Positions 11,401 to 26,400 of a stretch of 53,385 bases of DNA are shown one piece after another. This DNA comes from Callorhinchus milii. Lineage: Eukaryota. Positions within the stretch are counted from its first letter, which is position 1. Each line of letters opens with the position of its first letter. A program made the position numbers and the translations under genes. Location of the stretch: contig NW_024705339.1 in assembly GCF_018977255.1 (NCBI RefSeq), positions 1 through 53,385 of the forward strand. The letters are read 5' to 3'. The notes under the pieces were generated by a model, which made no database searches, was not told where the DNA came from, and worked only from the letters and a program-made list of their open reading frames with translations.

Positions 11401-14400
11401 CAGTGATTACAAAACATTCTAGCGACTACGAGATGCTAGACGCGGTGTGAGAGATTTGGCCGTCGCGAGCCAGCTGAGAATCCCCTTTTGGTTCCGGTAA
11501 GATTCCGATCTACTCAAACCCGGATTCAGTGCCCTTGGCAAGCTGGCTGAGTCACCGTCAAATAATATTTACTGACCCAACATTTGTACTAACCCAAGCA
11601 GCGATGTTTGATCGGATAATCAGAAATGTTTAGTGAAATTAATAACGCCGTCTCCGATCTTCGCGGTTTCTGGCGCGAGGCGGTAGTATGAGTTCTATAG
11701 TTGCCCATTCACAGATCGCACTTTAGGCAACCTGTACGAGGTGTATCTACGAGCTGATGATCGGCGATTTGAACCGCCTAATCGAGTGTGACACCATGTC
11801 GTTATAAGACCGTTAGGCTTTCGATCCTTCCACCGAGTAACATAGAGACCACAGCCGCGTAGTTACATTACACGGTAGTCTTGTCGGCTCCGAAGTCTTG
11901 AGAGGGATTTGGAGGCGGTTACCGCACCTTGGACCGGCGAATCAGTGCAGCAGGTGGTGGGCAAGACCACGTGCGTGTGCGGTCCGACGCATCTATTCTC
12001 TTAGATGAACAATAATGCTCTGAGGTCAATTTTTAAATGATACCAGGGAGACTGCGTGGTCTCATACAGCTCGTTTTTCCATCACACACTATCAACTTTG
12101 GGAGGCCTTGAGGTCTTCTTGCACACATGCGTCGGGCGTCGTGGCAGAGATACGCATGCTATGTGAGATTTGTATCGGACCTAAGTAAAGACCGACATAT
12201 TGTGGATCAGCATACAGATGGATCATCATGCTGGCCAGCGGAGACCTGCGGGGAAGCAGCTGGAGTATTCGCTTAGCTGCGATCCAATCCAATTGTTCGG
12301 GACAAAATTGTCCCGGTGAGGAGGCATCCTTAGAATTTGATAGCGAAAACGGATAACAAAAAGTTTGCCAACAATGGGGAGGGCCGGGATGGATGCGTTG
12401 ATGCCGCACCTTGTCGCCTAAAGTACGACTGCAATATGAATGAATCCTATCGGTAGTGGGCATGTTGCGTAGCGCACTAACTACCGAAGAATTGAGTCAG
12501 GAAAGCTTTAACAGCACCACGCGGCTTAAAACGCCACGGCGCCTATCTGGTCAAGAGCATACTTTGTACTCTGAGACTTCAGGCTCGTACGCATGCCTAT
12601 ATGGGGCAGCGGCGAGTAGAAATTAGTTTGTCGAGTTAAGGAAATTCATCCGCGACCCGAGCTATCCGATGTCACATGCTTCACTTCCTATGAGACACAC
12701 GTGGGAACCTCGTGCCACGTGAAGGATGGGTAACTCGTAACACGCGCATGATTATAATCCGACAGTGTGTCAGAAACGCACTTTTAAAAAATGTGAAACA
12801 CCGACAGTCTGAATTACCCGATCGAGGAGGGGGATTGTGCCCATCCCAAATTGGTAGCTATCTTCCCCGCAGGGAAAGGGGGCGGAGGTAGGAGTTTGCC
12901 CTTAATCTATAAAGGGAGGTGGTATTACCGGCGGGCTTGCCCGTTGCGATGGTACTGATGGGAAACAGCAGACTACTGGCTGGGGTGCTATGATTCGAAA
13001 TGGAATACAAGGAAACTTTCTATGGATAATCGCCTACACAATACATTAGTCCGACGCCCTACGAGCCACCAGGTAGCAGACTTTCAAAATCTGTCGGCTC
13101 AAAGCGATTCGTGTGATTACGTACGTTTTTACATACGACGGCGGCCGTCCGATGCATACATCAAAACGCCTCGGAGGGTCAGCAAACACGCTTCAGGTGC
13201 GAGGACGTCCGTGTCTTAGTAATTCCACTCCCTTGGATAAATTATGATAGGGAGAGGCAACACGCGCTGAGCTTTTTAATATCGGAAGTCGAGGTGAGTA
13301 CTGGGCGGGTTCATGGGTCTAACCATCGCAGTGCTAAATTACGAAGCTGCATCTTCCTCGGACAGCATGGAACGAACCAACAGCATGAACCATATCTTAC
13401 TTACACGACTCAGTCAAAAGGCTTAGTTGGAAGGTTATCGATCTAATGCCAAAATATTTACTACCTCATGTGGGCTGAGTGCCTGAAGTCTTAGCTTACG
13501 CCCGCAAAGGATTTACAGGGTAGTATAGGATTTCGACTGTTAGTAAGTTCGACTAACAGTTAAGGAATTTAGCACACTAGCGTCACCGAGCGCGCGGTTC
13601 TCACTTGATCGTATGGGCGAAGTACGTTAATGGATGTTGACTCTTCCTGTACGCAGCTCTTCATATCTGATCCTTAACAGCGTCTATAGCTGGCGGTGAA
13701 CTTGTAATTTTGCCCTAGGACACCGTTCGGGCCACAGAGAGGATTGCGCTTTTCGATTTCCCAACACCAGAACGTATCGTGAAAACCCCCGGCTAATAAA
13801 TAAGCGTTCCCTCGCTAGTATGACCGTTTTGTTTTTAACCCGCGCGTCCCACCCCGACCAGAGGGGTCTCAGGCGGTACGTGGAAGTCTTGACTTAGCAA
13901 CAGCCCGAAACCACTGATGGCCTTGTTATGGGTGTTGATCAGAAGGCGCGTACTTGGCACGAATCGGACCTGGCAGTACGGCCTTTGTATAGCAACTTAG
14001 CGCCGTCACCCATTTGATTAGTATTTCTCGGTTGACGAGCAGAGGAATCCCAGCAACGTCATGCAATGGCCGACTTATGTAGGACTCTGGGACTAACGAC
14101 AATAGACCTTCCTCGGATAGCCAGTGAAGTACCAGTGACGGATACAAGGCTGCTACACTTCTCGCGTAACCAATTAGTCGGGTTATGTTCTTGCAGTCGA
14201 CACCTAAGCGACGTTTGCAGACCAGAGACGGGTACGAATTCTGTTGTAGGTCGTAACCTAAGGGCGTAAGCAAGAGTCTCACTCATTGTCTCGATCAGAA
14301 AATAGCGAGTGAGGGCGGGATTATATATTTACAAAGCTTGCGATGCGTACCTTACGAACAAAAAGGACTCCCCACTCGTTAATGAGCACAATATGAAGCA

Positions 14401-17400
14401 GGCTGCAGCCGATAAATTGTGGATTGTCATACCGTTTTGGACGACATCGTCCTTCGTCGGCGATTATTACCCCTGTAACAGTTCAGTAAGCACCGGCCCC
14501 GCTAAACATTGACAAGGGTAATTGGTTGGCAACTGGGAGCGCCTGTACGTCAGAACAAGCGGGTCTAAGCAATTGTAGCACAACGTCGCAAAGTATGCCT
14601 ACAGCTTTGCCACGAGGGGCACATCAAAGAGACACTCAGAGGGAGTAAGGTAACATGAACGATCACGGAGAGTAGCTGATGGCGACGCAGACGATCGAAG
14701 CTCACACCACCTCAGGTGGCCTCTGGCACACCCCTGACAATCGTTGTTGTAATCATTGAGCGCCGGACGCGTAGGCGCCACGAATACCGTATAGCTATCA
14801 ACCCTGTCGTTTTACACCGACGTCCTACGCAAGCTTCCAGGGAGCTTCCTAGGGAGGGGTTGTTTGAAGTAAGTAGGCAATCTCGATTGGTAAGACTTTG
14901 AACGGTCTGGGGCTAGTTGCAGTTAGGCCTAATTAAAGCTCGTTCCATCATGGAAGGGGACAGAATCCCGCTTATATAGCAGGGCGGGGGACTAGCGAAT
15001 TCCAGAGTGAGACACTCCTCGTAGACATCACCGGGTAACCTACGGGTAACCCAATGATCGTGCAGTACCCCATGGGGAACCGCCACCACCTTTAGCCCAT
15101 GCGACATTCACTTCCGGCTGAGAGAACTCGTCAGAGAGATACCTCGGACCAGCGCTGGCGGGCACTATAGCCTTCAGTTGGTAATGCCATAATGTTGATG
15201 GATATTGCGGGTCATTTTTGGGACATGAATACCTCAGCCGGATCGTGGTAAGGACCGCGTAAGTCTAATTCAAGATCACTCAATAATATGATTCAGGGGT
15301 TGTGCGAACCGGGGGAGAGCGATTGCAGCGGCGCTGGTTTCCGGGGATTATTGTTGCCCGGTTCCAAGGTGAGCGTAGCTGAAGTAGTGAAGCAAACATG
15401 AAGAATAAAAGGCTGGAGCAGGACCGCATTGGCGAGGTGTCCTCAGCGCCATGAATTCACTAGCTGACACGTGTCTGGCTTTCCAATCCTGTCGCCTTGT
15501 CGGGCCTGAAGTAGTTTCATGTTGTTCGAATCTATGACGAACAGTTTGGATCCTCTTGTAGCAGGCGGCCGTAATTACTGGTAGTCGGGGCGCAGGGGGC
15601 ATGAGATTGACCACTTGAACTCTGATGGAGAATTTGCATTGTGACGGACGATCTCTTGATCAAAGCCCGCTATGCTGATGGCCGGCTTGCGCCTGCGCTT
15701 AGTGGAGTTTGTTTATCTAGAAAGGATTTTCAGGTACTGAGCGCGAAGTTTCATTAGTCCGTTGCAGAGTTTACGGGCATGGACTAGTTGATGCGTTGCC
15801 CTAAGGTCACAAAGGGCTATAGTCCATTCCGGACTTATTACCAACCAATTACAATGCACCGGTCATCAAGTGAGCACACCTCGTGGTCTGGAGGGGCCTC
15901 ACCCCCTCAGCAGCAGGCACGTTTGAGCTCGGCAGGTATCATTGGATGTTTTGCAAACGTTGCGGAGAGTTAGACCTCATCGCAAGATCAGGTCTCGGCT
16001 TACGGGAGGCAAGCTGATTTCAAACTTTTACGCAAACCGACTAAGGAGCTGATGCGTTAACTCGGGGCATGATGGGTGAATCCACCTTGCCTTGAAGAAA
16101 AAAAGGGTATTTGTGCGTCAGAGGGGCACAAAAAAAACAATTGTTCCTCTTATGAGCGAGATGTTCTACATTGGTTTGAACCATTAAGATACTACTTAGA
16201 GAAGTAGATCTGTCTCTGGTTTTAGTACTGCTCTCACCGGCAGTCCACGGCTTAAGGCGGTTTTCCAAGGCGAGCAAATTACTGCTTATAAAGACAGGAT
16301 GTGCTTTATATCGCTGGTCCGGCATATACCACTCGGTTACTAATCAGCACGAGACTTGGCATATCTCGTATTAGCTGCTTGTTAATTGCGGCGCCCTCTC
16401 CTAGACTCCTACAATATAGCCCCTACTTTCGATGGTTATACACGTTCTACAAAAGGCCGGATGCTTCAAGCTTAGGACCCCACCCTTGACGTGTGCGCTG
16501 GGATCGTGTTAGACGCCAAACGTCTTAAGTACCGGCTTGTCCCATCTCCTACGAAACGCCTCGGTGGACCCCTGATATCGACGACGCCGAATATTAAGTC
16601 TGGATATTTAGAATGTCACACAGTTATGAGACCTTAGTGGTTAGTTGAGAAATAACGTCTAACCATGCTGCACGAACAATGGGTAGTGGGCCCGGCTGCC
16701 CATTTCCGTTAGGCGTTCATGTGGCATGGGACTCATGCCCAACTAGGAGTTTAGGGGCTAGGCGGTTTGATGCTTGTTCATGTACTGAATACCATACCTA
16801 ACTTGAGAATGATTTTCTCGCCCGAATAGGTGAATACGGATAAGCGCGCTGGGGGAGGGCATTGTCTGGCCAATTCGGGTGTGCTCCGCTGTATAGATTC
16901 AGGTTATGTGCCAATCTCCGGCAATTGATATATCCTCTCCGATGTCCACTATAACGCACATATACAAACGGGTATAAGCCGAGCCGGTCATGATCGGGCG
17001 CGGCTGTCCGCTTTGTCCAGATTTGATCTACAAACTGAGCCTTCGAGCAAGGACGGTGGAGGAAGTAAAGGACCTTGTAGACGCGAAACTAGCCTAAGAG
17101 TCCAGTAAGAATGGCCCTATCGCGACACGTCGTTGATAAGTGGTCCATCGGATAGCGGACTGCAACTTGGAAGATGTAGAGAGTGGTTCAAACTAGGATC
17201 AAGTCTTATAAGCCAAGCTGACTCCGTAAATAAATCACCAGTCACAGTATCCTGCCGTCTATGCCTGTATTTTAGTCAGGAGATTGAGCGGCGGCGCCAC
17301 TAGCGTATTAAAAAACTGGTTCTAAATTGTCGTGGAATATGGCCTTAAGGGCGGTTTTCCCATTGTCTACCATCGAAACGACTTCTTGTGTACGTGCTGT

Positions 17401-20400
17401 GTACGATATGCCTTAGCCCGAACATTGTTACCTGAACTGCCGACTATATCATAGTGAACCGTGTGTTCGTTGTACTCGGCAGACCGTTGATGGATTACTC
17501 CAAGATGACAAACGAAAACACAAATATCATCTGAGACATAGCGTATGTGTCTAACTTGCGTACTCCTTGTCACGACTTAAGTAAATCCACACGGTTCGTA
17601 GAGCAAAGATTAGGGTGGGCGTCCTGGGGCGGAGCTAATCCGTGTTTCCGCACATTCCGGAGTGTCTGGTAATGAGTTAGGGTGCGGATACAGAAGGGGG
17701 TAGTGACCCAGAAAATTTGGTTGGGCCTTGTGTAATAGCACAGCAGAATCTTAATATTGCCAATAAGGATGCTTAGCATGGTGAGAAACGGCCGCCCAAC
17801 CAGCATCCCTTTTTATGTTTTGATCAACAACGCCTGTAGACCCTGTCGTAGTAGTAGGCGATCCCTTCCGACAAGCCAGGTCACCGGCAGCGCGAAGCCT
17901 CTCAACCTCAATTAAGACATGTCACGAGGATTCTCTCTTCGATACCTGAGCCAGGATGTGTTTAGTATACGGAGTGAAAGGCGCTCTCAACTCAATGGTA
18001 CCAAGGCTTATCACCTCAGTAATAAAATAGTCCGAACATGGAATGTACCAAGTTCCGCGCTGGGCGATCGCAAAGGTCGCTCTGATCGAGGCGCCCTCTC
18101 CTGTAGTTCATTTAATGAGAACTGTCACAAACGACTCCCCCGCTCATAAGGCGCGTAATTCGAGTTAGATACGAATTGGTTCGTGCGACGAGGGAACAGC
18201 ATGACGTACCGTGACTTACTTCTTGTGGGTCACATATATGTCAGCGGACACCTTCGGCAACCTTTTTACTCTGTGGTTTTCCCATTGTTGAAATTCAAGT
18301 AAGTCGCAAGGCCAGGATGCAGAAGCTGTGGGTGTCAGGAATCAGCTGTTCCACCCATGAATACCTGGGGTTTGTAAAGGGAGTATGGAAAACACCGGAG
18401 ATCCTCGTTCACGCGGTACTTAAGGCCGTTTGACTTAGGTGCCGAACGGGGTATTGTAGAAACGGCGACAGTTGCCCTGTACTCATTTCACATCGGCACG
18501 CTATCATGTTGTCGTGAGCTGACGTCGTGTTGCGGATCCAATACCCGATTTATACATAGTAGGGTAGTAATTGTGTGCGCTCGGGGTTGGAGGGGCATTA
18601 GCAAACAAAGCGTGCTTTCAAAGATTGACACGTGCTTTGGTTATGTAAGGTAACCGCCTCGTACTAGCGAGGTATAGCATCTAGCTTGAACAAGTTGTCC
18701 TGTTTTCGAGATAAGTGGTAATGTTCTTCGAGCGTGGCACTAGGCGCTATTTGCGTAGCACCTAAACTTATAAGAATCCACTGCGGGTTATAGCCGCCGG
18801 AGCCAACGTGGATGCTTATAGAGTAACGTCTATTCTGTTCCACTACTACGTAGCTTTTTCCCGCATCTAGTGAAGGATGCTATTGGAGTAGTCCAAGCGT
18901 CATCCTAAATTATTTTTTCCCCTAAGCGGGACCATCTTATCGGGTAACTGCTAGTCATTGGCGTTTGTAAGGAAAATGCTTTAGTTCATAGCGAGACCGT
19001 ATCCAATGATATGGTAAAGGTTCATTCTGTACTCCAACAAGTTCTTGTGTAGCTCGTGAGGGACCAGTGTTCAAAGTAGCCGGGATCATCCGCATAATTG
19101 AAAATCCGCTATAAGAGAGTGTGGAGTGGCGATGTAGGGAAGAATTACTCTTGACCTCATCGAATCGTATCCTCAACCAATGTTCGTTACGGCGATACAC
19201 CCCGATTAGTTTCTCTAGAACTAGCTAAAGATATGTCGTCGGGTTCAGCAACTGTGAAGGAGTGGAATGTCCAAGCTATCTCTTGCTAACACGGTTTCTT
19301 TTTGTATAATAGCCCCCGGGAGCGATATGACCTGGCACAATCTCCCAGTTTCCTATTGATCCGCGTTAATCAGTACACCCACTAATGAGCGACAATGTCA
19401 CATATCTGAGGTACCGCGTCTGATGCATTCCCCGTTCTAGAAACGGCACCGATGACTGTAAGCTGGAGAGTTTCCAGGTCAAGGATACCTACCTACGCGT
19501 CTGCATAAGAAAAAAGAGCCACGTCAAGTCGTTACAACTTTGTACCCATTAGATTTCTACCTTCGTCGACGCGATAAGGTGAGTCAGGGGACAGACGCCT
19601 GCTGGCGAGCAGGTTATCCGAGTTTATCGCACATAAGAAGCTCTGTGGGTAAAGTGGCTCCGATACTTTGAGGGGTCTAATATCCACCAGCGATTGTTGA
19701 CATCGGTACAACGGGTAGTGGTATGGTGATTAGAGAACTTACCTACAAGGTGGAGAGCAGCACTAGGGCTTACCCGTCAGCGCTACATTTCGAGAGAACC
19801 CTACGGACGTTGGCATAGACGCATACCAAGATTAGGCCACACCGGAAGTAATCTACATTGATAGTCAGAATGGACTTCGCTAAACTTTGCACGGCATTAC
19901 GTAGGACTGACATGCTAGACAGAAGCTTTTAGCCGAACCTCCTACTAATATTGCAGAAGACCGTGTTAGTCAGGAGAATAACTTTCGCCTGAACAAGGGA
20001 CTCACCAAATATCTGCGATTTTTAGACACTAGTGCCGAAGCGATCCCGTGGCGGGGAGATATGCAGCGGCTCCTAAGCGTGAGATCTCTCGTAAGGCCCT
20101 CAGTGGTATCCATATTCCCAATTTCTCGACCTCTCGGGAATACAAGAACGTTATTTATGGAACCATCGATTTGAGGGTGCATAATCTCCCCCCATCACAG
20201 TGGGCTCTGGTACCCTCTGACCGGTTGTGGAATCGACCAACCCGAATAATAAAAGAGTAAGCCGAATTTCAAAACCCCGTTTCTGACCATTACGAATGTT
20301 GCCGAGCTACAAATATTACCTACAGCGTGAGCGCTACACACCGCGTCGATGGGCACTCCGCAATTGGGGCCAAGCGGATCGACCACCTTCTTGCTTCGCA

Positions 20401-23400
20401 AGTTACTCGTGAAGAACAGGTGGCAATATCTATATGGATGCCGGAAACAATGAGTGAAGCGTTGTACCGCACAGTGGACGTATAGCCCCATTAACGATTC
20501 AGTACCGCCACCCCTCTGCATGTAAGTAACTGGGAGTATTAGCTTTAGTGTACCGCCAAGGACTTAACTTTCAATGTGACTCATGGGAAGCTGAGCCAGG
20601 ACAAAAGTGGCTTGTAGACCAGGTACTTAAAATTCATCAGACAGAGTTGACGTCCGGAGCAGGGGTCGGCCCTTTTGGGTCATTCTGTACACATAAGCTC
20701 TGTGACAAGCCACGCCCCAGTTTCAGTCCCCAGACTACTAAGGATGTTTTTTTACAGTGTTTTTCGATTATCATATATAGAAAAAACTCGCTCTAACGCA
20801 AGAGAACCAGGACGCCAACCCATTGACTCTAGGCCTAAAAGATCAAGAGACGTAACGTGGACATGGAATTACTTTTACGACGCTACCATGAATCGGCACA
20901 AATTCGCATGTAACTATTACGCAATAATGTCAAAGGATATATAATCCCGCGTTCCTAGAGAAATTACAGGGCTCGGATTCGCAGAGCGCGTACTGGCGTT
21001 ATACACTCGTTCGGGACTTATGGTTCCATCGCATGCGAGGTGCGCACAACAGTAGAGAAACACGAAGACTTGACTAATCACAACGCGGCCTATCTGAAGA
21101 CTGCCGAGTCAGATGCAACTCGGCTGACAAAAGCCTTATCGCATCAAGTCGTGCGAATATGGTTATGACTAGCCCGACGCGGGTGTTACTCAGACGTTTT
21201 CAGGGAAAAACGGCGTGTGAAATGAATTCTGCACTGGGGAAATCCAACCCGCTTGCTACCCCCAAGCCATTCACGGAAATCAAAAGGAAGTCGTAGAAGC
21301 GGAGCTCTGAGCTGGAGTAGCTATTACGGCGGGTTGCGTGAGAGTGCCAGGTTTGTGGGCATGGCGTTACGACTGATAAGTAAAAAAAGCGAAGGCAGAC
21401 GTCGACTGCATCGTCGAAGAAAGTCGAATAGCTATGGATCTGTTAGATGTTAGAATCCACTAGCACCTTGATTCAGCGGACTTAAAAAAAAGCGCGTCAG
21501 CCACAGTTCGGACCAACACTGGCCTCATATTGCAAAAGAGCCATCAAAAGTTTAAAGACCAACAACAGGCGCGGCTGTCAATCGGTGCATCTGGCCCCCC
21601 TCAGATCGACATCAGTGTCCTTCCGACGAATTTGTGCAGCACCAAAGTACATAGCTCGCCGTGAGACACGACAACAAGCCCGAACGCGAGACTAATACTT
21701 AAATTTTTTAGATCACGCGTGGCCTGTGCCCGAATAATGACTCGATATGCGATAATAGCCCCACACATTTATATGAGCAGTCGCTCGGCCGTGGTTATGA
21801 CGATGGTGAGAACCGTAGGACCCTTAAAGCTGATACCTGAAAGTGAGCATAAGTAGGGAGGAAGGGATAGACTACTACGGTCATGCACCCCCTACCGGGA
21901 TCCCAGGCCATTTTCAGCTAGCCACTAGCCCTATTTAATATTGGAGGTTTACGAACCGGCACATGTTTAGGGGTTACGATGGCAATAGGCATAACCCTCA
22001 TTGGAACGGGGTTAGTGTTTGCGATTCTACTGTGTCACAGACTGGGTCCAACTATAGCAAGTCATTTTTTTCTATCTAGCGGGGGTGGCCGGTTAACTAG
22101 ATTTCTATCACCCGCACGCTTCTCATTACCCCTTTGAAACTTCAGTTGTCAAGAAGCTTGACTAATTAACTAAGTTATACGTACCGCTACGTAAGAATAA
22201 AGATCACTGGCATATGCGATTATTAGCCCGACTGGTCTCGCTATAAGACGATGTTTCCCATATCTGGCCCGATCTCTCACGAGTTTGCCCGTTATAGACC
22301 TTGGATGTACGCGACTGGGAAGCCAAGTCCCGGCCTCAACTCATCGAATTACCGGTCTCCTCATCCGGAACTGCACTAACATATCGTAACGCTAGGTCAA
22401 TATCCTTAAAGTATCCGACATAAGGTTCTCTTTCAGGAATAAGAAGTCCGGCCTTACGAGTGAGGTGGTCAGTAGGCTAGTTCCCGACAACCTTTACGGG
22501 GAAGTGTGATAACGGTACACTCGACTCAGTACCGGCTTGATCAGTTGTCAGAGAGAGTTCCTGAATTATGATGGTAGGGCCGATTAATCATTATGACCTA
22601 TAGTGCGCGGGATTCAACTTCAGTACTCCATCTATCACACAGCCGGGTTCGGGGGACATAACATACGGGCTAGTGCTGCACCTTATACGTAAAGTTACTT
22701 GGGAGGAAAAGGCTTAGGAACGTCGCCTAATATAAACATGATTACGTTTTCCGCAGGGCCAGAGCCAACAGAACCTCTATTCCTTTATCGACAGGGTAAT
22801 TGGCCGTTCCTCGAGGCTTCTTTGCGTTGTTTCGGAATTTGTTGAAGTTACAGGAAGGCGTACCCATTAGTCTTTACACTAATCACGAAGGGCTTCACGC
22901 ATTAATCTCCCCTCGAACATCCCAACGCCTTTCTATTTGACAGGATGGATCCCGTATCTACGAGACTTTTTGGAGAGGTTGGGACTTTTGAGACTAATAG
23001 CAGAAGTGCAACAGATCCTGTGTGTCGCGAGTAGTAACTAATACCCGCTATAGTGTCTCCGGGCGGGGTAATAATAGGGTTAGGGCGCGTGGCCCGGAGG
23101 GGGTGCGAAAGGTCCTCGATTCCAGGACCGCCATAAATTCCTGATCACTGATCATCAGCGCCAAATACGTTCCGAACCACATTATCGAACAGCTTCGGCA
23201 ATATTCTTTACAGATTGCTGTACGCTGACCGCTCTACATTGCGCCCAAGGGTACAATTGCCGTTAAAGGCGTCTAGTCATTACCACTAGTAATCAAATAG
23301 GAACGCACAGAATCACAAATTGACGCATTGGACACCACATCGATCCATTCTGCCCTGCCGAAATCCGCCTGCAGTGCTCGATTAATTGTTTAGACCTCAG

Positions 23401-26400
23401 AATAAGAGTACTAGACGTAATTTCGACCGCTTTGCAGAAACAGCACGCGGGCTTCCCAACGCCTACCGGGTTCACCACGATCTCAGCGTGTCGAAGCTAA
23501 TACCCCACGGATCCTCGTGTGCACATGAATGACGGGCTCACAGGCTGAATGTCAAATTGCCGACGCGTTTATTTTGGGACAAACCTGGAGTGCACATCAC
23601 CGCAAGGGATTCGCTCTAATGCTACTACCACTAGGTTAGCCAAGGCATGTGTTGCTTGCAAATTTCCCTCCGGATACTGGGCCAATGGTTGACCCCGAGA
23701 AATAAAGACGAAGGTGAGTTACTAAGTGAACCCTACAAGGAACTGCTGCGAGGGGGCGTCTTTAATCCGAGCAGTGCTGTGTGACTGATAAGGGAATCTG
23801 GCTTTCGGGAAGCAATGCTATGTTACTACATATAACTCCATGCTGTGGCAGACGATAACTTTGGTGTATAATCGGAGCCTCCCTTCATGGAACCTCAACG
23901 CACCCCTCAACTTAAGTCAGCCATTGTCATGCTTCCGAGCTTTCCGCTCATCAGACGCATATGTGCGTGTAGCTAAGGGATGATTAAAACTACAACTCAT
24001 CGTTTTTGTGTGGGAGCAGGCCGGGTAAAATAATGTTGGCCCGTAAGGCAACTATAGATGTTCCTGGCGCCAAATAGGAACCCGTGTTCCACTAAAACGC
24101 TGCTCTAGGGTATGCCTTATAGCTTCTTACGATCATCAACTCCTTACACTATAGTGACGGGCTGCTCATCTCGGGAATTATGTCCTAGGAACGAGTGGTA
24201 GAGTTCGATCCAGGCTGATAATACTCTGCATTGTAAGTATGCGTGCAGAATGTCAACTGATTTACAAGTCTGTCTGGACCGTATGCACACCCGTACAACA
24301 TCAGGAACCGCAAGCACATCTAGACCGGGTGGGCTAGTTCGCATCAGTGACACTTCTTACTGTAAAGAGAGGTCGAGTACGATAACCTTGCAACCGGTAG
24401 TGTATGGGACTATCTTCTATACTAAGTCTATGATACGGGGCTCTTAACTGCCCGGGACGGTAAAACAGGGGAGAGGAGCAGACGGATGACTTGGCCGCCT
24501 CTAACATCAGAAGTGGACCCTCCCCCAGGAAGTACGCCTGGAATACAACGCGGACATTTCCAGACTTCAGCATGTGTAGGCACAAATTAGATTATCCGAG
24601 CCAATGCACAAAAATGAATCTGAGGTTTATGTACGCACACCGGGGCGCTGGACTCAGTATGCATGGGACCACCCTCTACGAGTTGCCTGGCCGACCTGTA
24701 ATTAGGTGGCGATCCGTCTATCCGCAGTTCAAAACGGATATCGATACCGGTTAGTGCCAATCAGCTACGCATATGTATGGTTGCCGGGGGGATGTATGGA
24801 ATAGAGTCAAAAATCATAGATGTCATAGCTACCCATTATTCGTAGAGACCCGTTGCATCAACTGCGCGCCGTTCCGTAGTCGCACGCTTGTCACGAACAG
24901 AATCCCATTCCAACGGTTGTGCATAGGCGCCGAGGACTTAGCATGCGCTTTAGTACTAAAAAGTGGTTGCTTTTTGCGCAGCAACAAAGCGTCAGGATGA
25001 TAACCTTTCGCGTGACCTGCTACTCATTAGAATTGCCCGCGTGTATATGCACACAAAGTAATGAGTCACTAACAGCCGAATCCCGCATCCACTGGGCAGC
25101 CTCTCTACGTTTCTCGTTGATCCAAGTGGTTGCCCCTCCCCAACTACAATCGTTCCCCAGGAGACCTCCATTGTCAGCTGTAAGAAAGCTCGGTCTGTCC
25201 AATAGTCAAATGTCGGACAAGATACTTAGCCCCACCGCCTGGCAATAGCAAAAGGTTCCTCGGGGGGGAGACAGGGCGCCTGTCGCGTTGGCCATAGGGC
25301 GTAGGAGCTCTCGAGACTTTTGGCAGGAAGGGCGTTTATCATCACAGGTAAGTGTCCTCAGTGTCTTGCCGGGCGGGGACACCTAATGGGCGCCCGGTCC
25401 CCAGAGTCGGGTGGTTATAATGCATCTTTCAATAGTTCGTTTCCGCTTACGATTTTATCTATATAAATGGGGCAGTCCGCGGGCGACGACGGTACTACTC
25501 GTAGACAAGGAGCGGTTTTCTCTAACAAACCTAACATAGTCCGCGCGCTGCCGGTGAATCGCAGATTGTTGACTGACAAGATCTAATAACGTTGCCCGCT
25601 TGCTTGGCACCCGGGCGGCACCAAGACCACCGGCTCCAAGGTTGGTTGGCGGAGTGGACGCCGTGTCAAGCTTCTAACAAGACTCCTGGCCAGAACTCTC
25701 TGAACCCCCTCCTCATGCATTCAAGATGACGCCTTTATAGCCGAGGGGGACAGGAATCAGTCTCTGTGAGAACAGAGCCGGTTAGTCTTGAAGCGCATGG
25801 TGACCACAAGGCTTATAAATTTCAGACTAATTACTGTCTGTTCTCCAGGTCGGCCTAGAGGATCTCATGTTAAAAGATCGGCCTCTAGCCTGGATGCTGG
25901 TGGCAGACAGGAAAAATGCGCTCACTGCGATCTGGAGCGACATGCTTCGCTTTGGATGATCTGGACAGCGATCAAAAGCCTACCAGAGTTGCACGACTCT
26001 TTCCTTATATGGTGCACAGCCTTACCGAGGGCATTTGAACTCGCTTACCGATCATACATGCTCCCACTAATGAACGGAGAGGCGGTGGGAACCTCTTGGT
26101 CGATGGAAGTAGTAGAGGAAGTCGGCGTATTTTCCGCAGAAGCGTCTTTTTAGTTAACTAGTAGCTGTATCCTACCTCGCTTGGTCGCCACCTGTGGCAA
26201 AGCAGTAAGTACAGATAGCATGTCGCTCTTGAGACGGGCCCAATGGCCAGCGAAGTCGAAGGACAGCGAGAGACACGATAGGCCGTGCCCAGAAAGGTCC
26301 CATGCACATATACTGACAACGACCGGCGCCAGGTAGCCTTCACGTCGCTCTAGTTGGTGAGCCGATGGAACAAGATAGTGTCCGCGGTCGAATAAGGCCC

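Noticed and set aside
12298..12315. Hairpin CGGGACAA-AA-TTGTCCCG
   Set aside because: An 8-bp stem is expected a few times by chance in 23 kb and has no supporting context.
21104..21118. 15-mer CCGAGTCAGATGCAA shared with 7304-7318
   Set aside because: A single isolated match without extension; about chance level for a 53-kb window.
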